A stretch of DNA of 64,000 nucleotides, taken from Selaginella moellendorffii (Eukaryota; Plantae; Lycopodiophyta). Positions within the stretch are counted from its first letter, which is position 1. Each line of letters begins with the position of its first letter. The stretch covers positions 186,001 to 250,000 of the forward strand of contig NW_003314384.1 of assembly GCF_000143415.4 (NCBI RefSeq), read 5' to 3'. A program made the translations under genes and the position numbers. Positions 61,707 to 64,000 of the stretch are shown piece after piece. Under the pieces are notes generated by a model. It saw nothing but the letters and a program-made list of their open reading frames with translations, searched no databases and was not told the origin of the DNA.

Positions 61707-61913
61707 CGCCATAGCTGGGTTGAAGAACCCGGAATTTTCACTACTTCAGCTGACATCAACCGTGGCCCATTCTGTGCGGGAATGGCGACGCGATGCTGGA
61801 AGACGCGGCGCTTTCTCTTCCATTACGTTAGCGTTAGCTAAAAGTCGTTTAAAAAAAGTAAGAAAAAGCTTTCCTTTGGTTTTTTACGAGCTAGGGTTTT
61901 AGAAAGGGAAGCG

Positions 61914-63047
61914 ATGGAGGCGACAAATCTAGAGTCTCGATCGATCGAGGATGGCGCGAACAAGGCCGCGGAGAGCGGCGAGGTAATCTCCGATTTAGAG
62001 GTTTCCGGTCCCAAGAAAGGGAGCGCGAATGTGGACGACGGCGTTGATTCCCAGGCGGAGAAAACCGATGTAGCTTCCAACGACGACACGATTGGAAATT
62101 CGAGCTTGCCCGTGGTCGACAAGGACGAGAATTTGGAGGAAACAAAAGAAGAGCAAGAAGAAGCTCCAGTGGTGGAGGGAAAAGCACCGGAGGTCGAGAA
62201 GAAAGCCGTCTTACCATGGGAGGAGGAAGAACAAGTACCGCCGGAGCAGGAACCAGCGATCGAGAAAGGAGTTCAGGAAGAACAAGTCGTGAACTTAGAG
62301 GAACCGGCGATCCAGGAAAAACAAGTGCCAGCGAAGAAGGCCAACTTACCACGAGAACAGGAAGAACAAGTGTCCCCAATCGAGGTGATACCACGAGAAC
62401 AGGAAGAACAACTGCCAGTGACCGAGGAGAAGGCCCAACAGGAAGACCAAGTGCCAGTGATCGAGGAGAAGGCGAGCGAGGAGAAGCCACGAGAACAGGA
62501 AGAACAAGTGCCAGTGATCGAGGAGAAGGCCAAGCTACCACGAGAGAAGGAAGAGCAAGTGCCAGTGACCGACAAGGGATCGAATTTACTGCGAGAACTG
62601 GAGGAGGAGGAAGATAATTCACGCGAAGAGGAGGTAAAGGAAGAAGAAAAGCTGGCCGTGGAGGACACGACCGAGGAAATCAAAGAACAGCATTTCATCC
62701 CGGGAGCAGAACTGGAAGGTTTCGCCAAAGTCTACGAGGAACGCAGCGATGAGATTGCGCTGGATCCTCACGAAGCTCCTCCGCCGCCACCTCCTCTCGT
62801 GGACGTCGCTCATCCCCCGGTGGAATCCATAGCAACAAATGGAGGCGATTACCATGGTAGCGGTGGTGGTGGAACTGGAACCATCGCGAAGACCAAGTCC
62901 AAGATCAAAGGTTTCCTGTCGCGGTGTCTTCCAGAGTTCGAGAGATTCGACGCTCACTCGTGGGCATCCGGTCTCGCTCTGGGGATCATCGTGACGTGCT
63001 CCGCGGTCGTCATCTCCAAGAAGCTCGACAACATCAAAGGTAAATAA
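61914..63047 (+). CDS. Glu-rich repeat protein with a C-terminal transmembrane anchor
   Basis: 377-aa intronless ORF; ~17-aa repeats PREQEEQVPVIEEKA; poly-Pro; hydrophobic tail WASGLALGIIVTCSAVVI followed by SKKLDNIKGK*. Confidence 0.8.
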   Translation: MEATNLESRSIEDGANKAAESGEVISDLEVSGPKKGSANVDDGVDSQAEKTDVASNDDTIGNSSLPVVDKDENLEETKEEQEEAPVVEGKAPEVEKKAVLPWEEEEQVPPEQEPAIEKGVQEEQVVNLEEPAIQEKQVPAKKANLPREQEEQVSPIEVIPREQEEQLPVTEEKAQQEDQVPVIEEKASEEKPREQEEQVPVIEEKAKLPREKEEQVPVTDKGSNLLRELEEEEDNSREEEVKEEEKLAVEDTTEEIKEQHFIPGAELEGFAKVYEERSDEIALDPHEAPPPPPPLVDVAHPPVESIATNGGDYHGSGGGGTGTIAKTKSKIKGFLSRCLPEFERFDAHSWASGLALGIIVTCSAVVISKKLDNIKGK

Positions 63048-63545
63048 ATAAACACATATAAAAGCTTTGCTTTGATCGTTTGGTAGTATAGTTTAGATAA
63101 CCTTATCAAATGCGAAAAGAAAAATCAAGAAATAGGTCTTCCACGTGGCGCAATCTCATTTGTGCCTTTTTATTACGGCGAGTGGCTCCAGAGTATTTTA
63201 TATTGCCCATTGCTTGCGAAGTAGGCCTTTTCTTTTCCCTTCCCCGCGGCCTTGTGGTGTTCTTGCGCGCTAGAGGAGGGCGGCGGCACGGCGCGGGTTG
63301 CGTGGAGGGGCATCGGGCGGCGCGCAGGGCGCGGGCCTGCGATCCAGGTGTCGGAGCTGGAAATCTGGGGGCTAGGGTTGATTCTGTAGCTCAAGGGTCT
63401 CGTTGGATGCCCCAGCGATGTCTGATTGCCGCCACGGATCGCCGCTGCCGCCTCTTCCTCTAGGCCGATTGAAATCCCGCAGCGGCGGCTCACTCCGCTG
63501 GAGCTCGTGTCCTCCCTTTTTGTAACAGCGTAGATGTGCTGCGTC

Positions 63546-64000
63546 ATGGAGGTGGAATCAGGGGCCAACGCCGCCGATGCCGACGATTCCGAGTTTGTCG
63601 AGGTCGATCCCACTGGGCGCTATGGCCGGGTAAATTTTTTTCTTTTCGACTTGTGGCAAGATGGAAGAGCTCATGGTGGTTTTTCTCTCAGTATAACGAA
63701 GTCCTGGGTCGTGGAGCCTTCAAGACAGTGTAAGTCCTTTTTGTCGAGGAGATGGTTTTCGTTCCTCATGGGTTTGATCTGTGTATAGTTACAAGGCTTT
63801 CGACGAGGTGGATGGTATCGAGGTTGCCTGGAACCAGGTGAATGTCCAGGATGTTTTGGGAAGACCCGAGGACCTTGAGCGGCTCTACTCGGAGGTTCAC
63901 TTGCTGAGGGGCTTGAAACACAAGAACGTGATCAAGTTCTTCACGTCATGGGTGGATCCACGGACCAAGAATGTGAACTTCATCACCGAGATTTTCACCT
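63546..64000 (+). CDS. WNK: WNK protein kinase, 5' part (runs off the window)
   Basis: Exons 63546-63629, 63692-63729 and 63789->64000 give [69 protein letters not shown]. Confidence 0.95.

Overview
Compact land-plant nuclear DNA, most consistent with the lycophyte Selaginella (inferred from 45-65 nt introns, intronless PLS-class PPR genes built largely of 31-aa repeats, a secreted cyanovirin-N homologue and tiny intergenic gaps). It has four zones. (1) 0.7-18 kb is a repeatedly duplicated and rearranged block CBSX / tRNA-Glu / GPX / acetylornithine aminotransferase / CVNH lectin. One ACOAT and one CVNH copy look intact and the rest are decayed. It also holds two micro-inversions and a four-level nest: CVNH intron > chromovirus > 5S-bearing Cassandra TRIM > inverted Cassandra solo LTR. 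(2) 18.3-32.2 kb holds a strong hairpin at an assembly gap, two PPR-E genes, an alpha/beta hydrolase and several orphan genes, including a non-catalytic papain-like ORF and a protein with a four-fold internal motif. (3) 32.2-53.6 kb is an AT-rich island hit three times by one Ty3/Gypsy family with 174-bp LTRs, 4-bp TSDs, a tRNA-Ala PBS and a canonical -1 frameshift signal (G GGA AAC + 6-nt spacer + H-type pseudoknot). A different Gypsy is nested in the oldest copy. (4) 54.6-64 kb holds a GT61 glycosyltransferase, plastid UMP kinase, a PPR-E gene, an acidic tail-anchored repeat protein and the 5' end of a WNK kinase. All calls are by eye; no searches were run.
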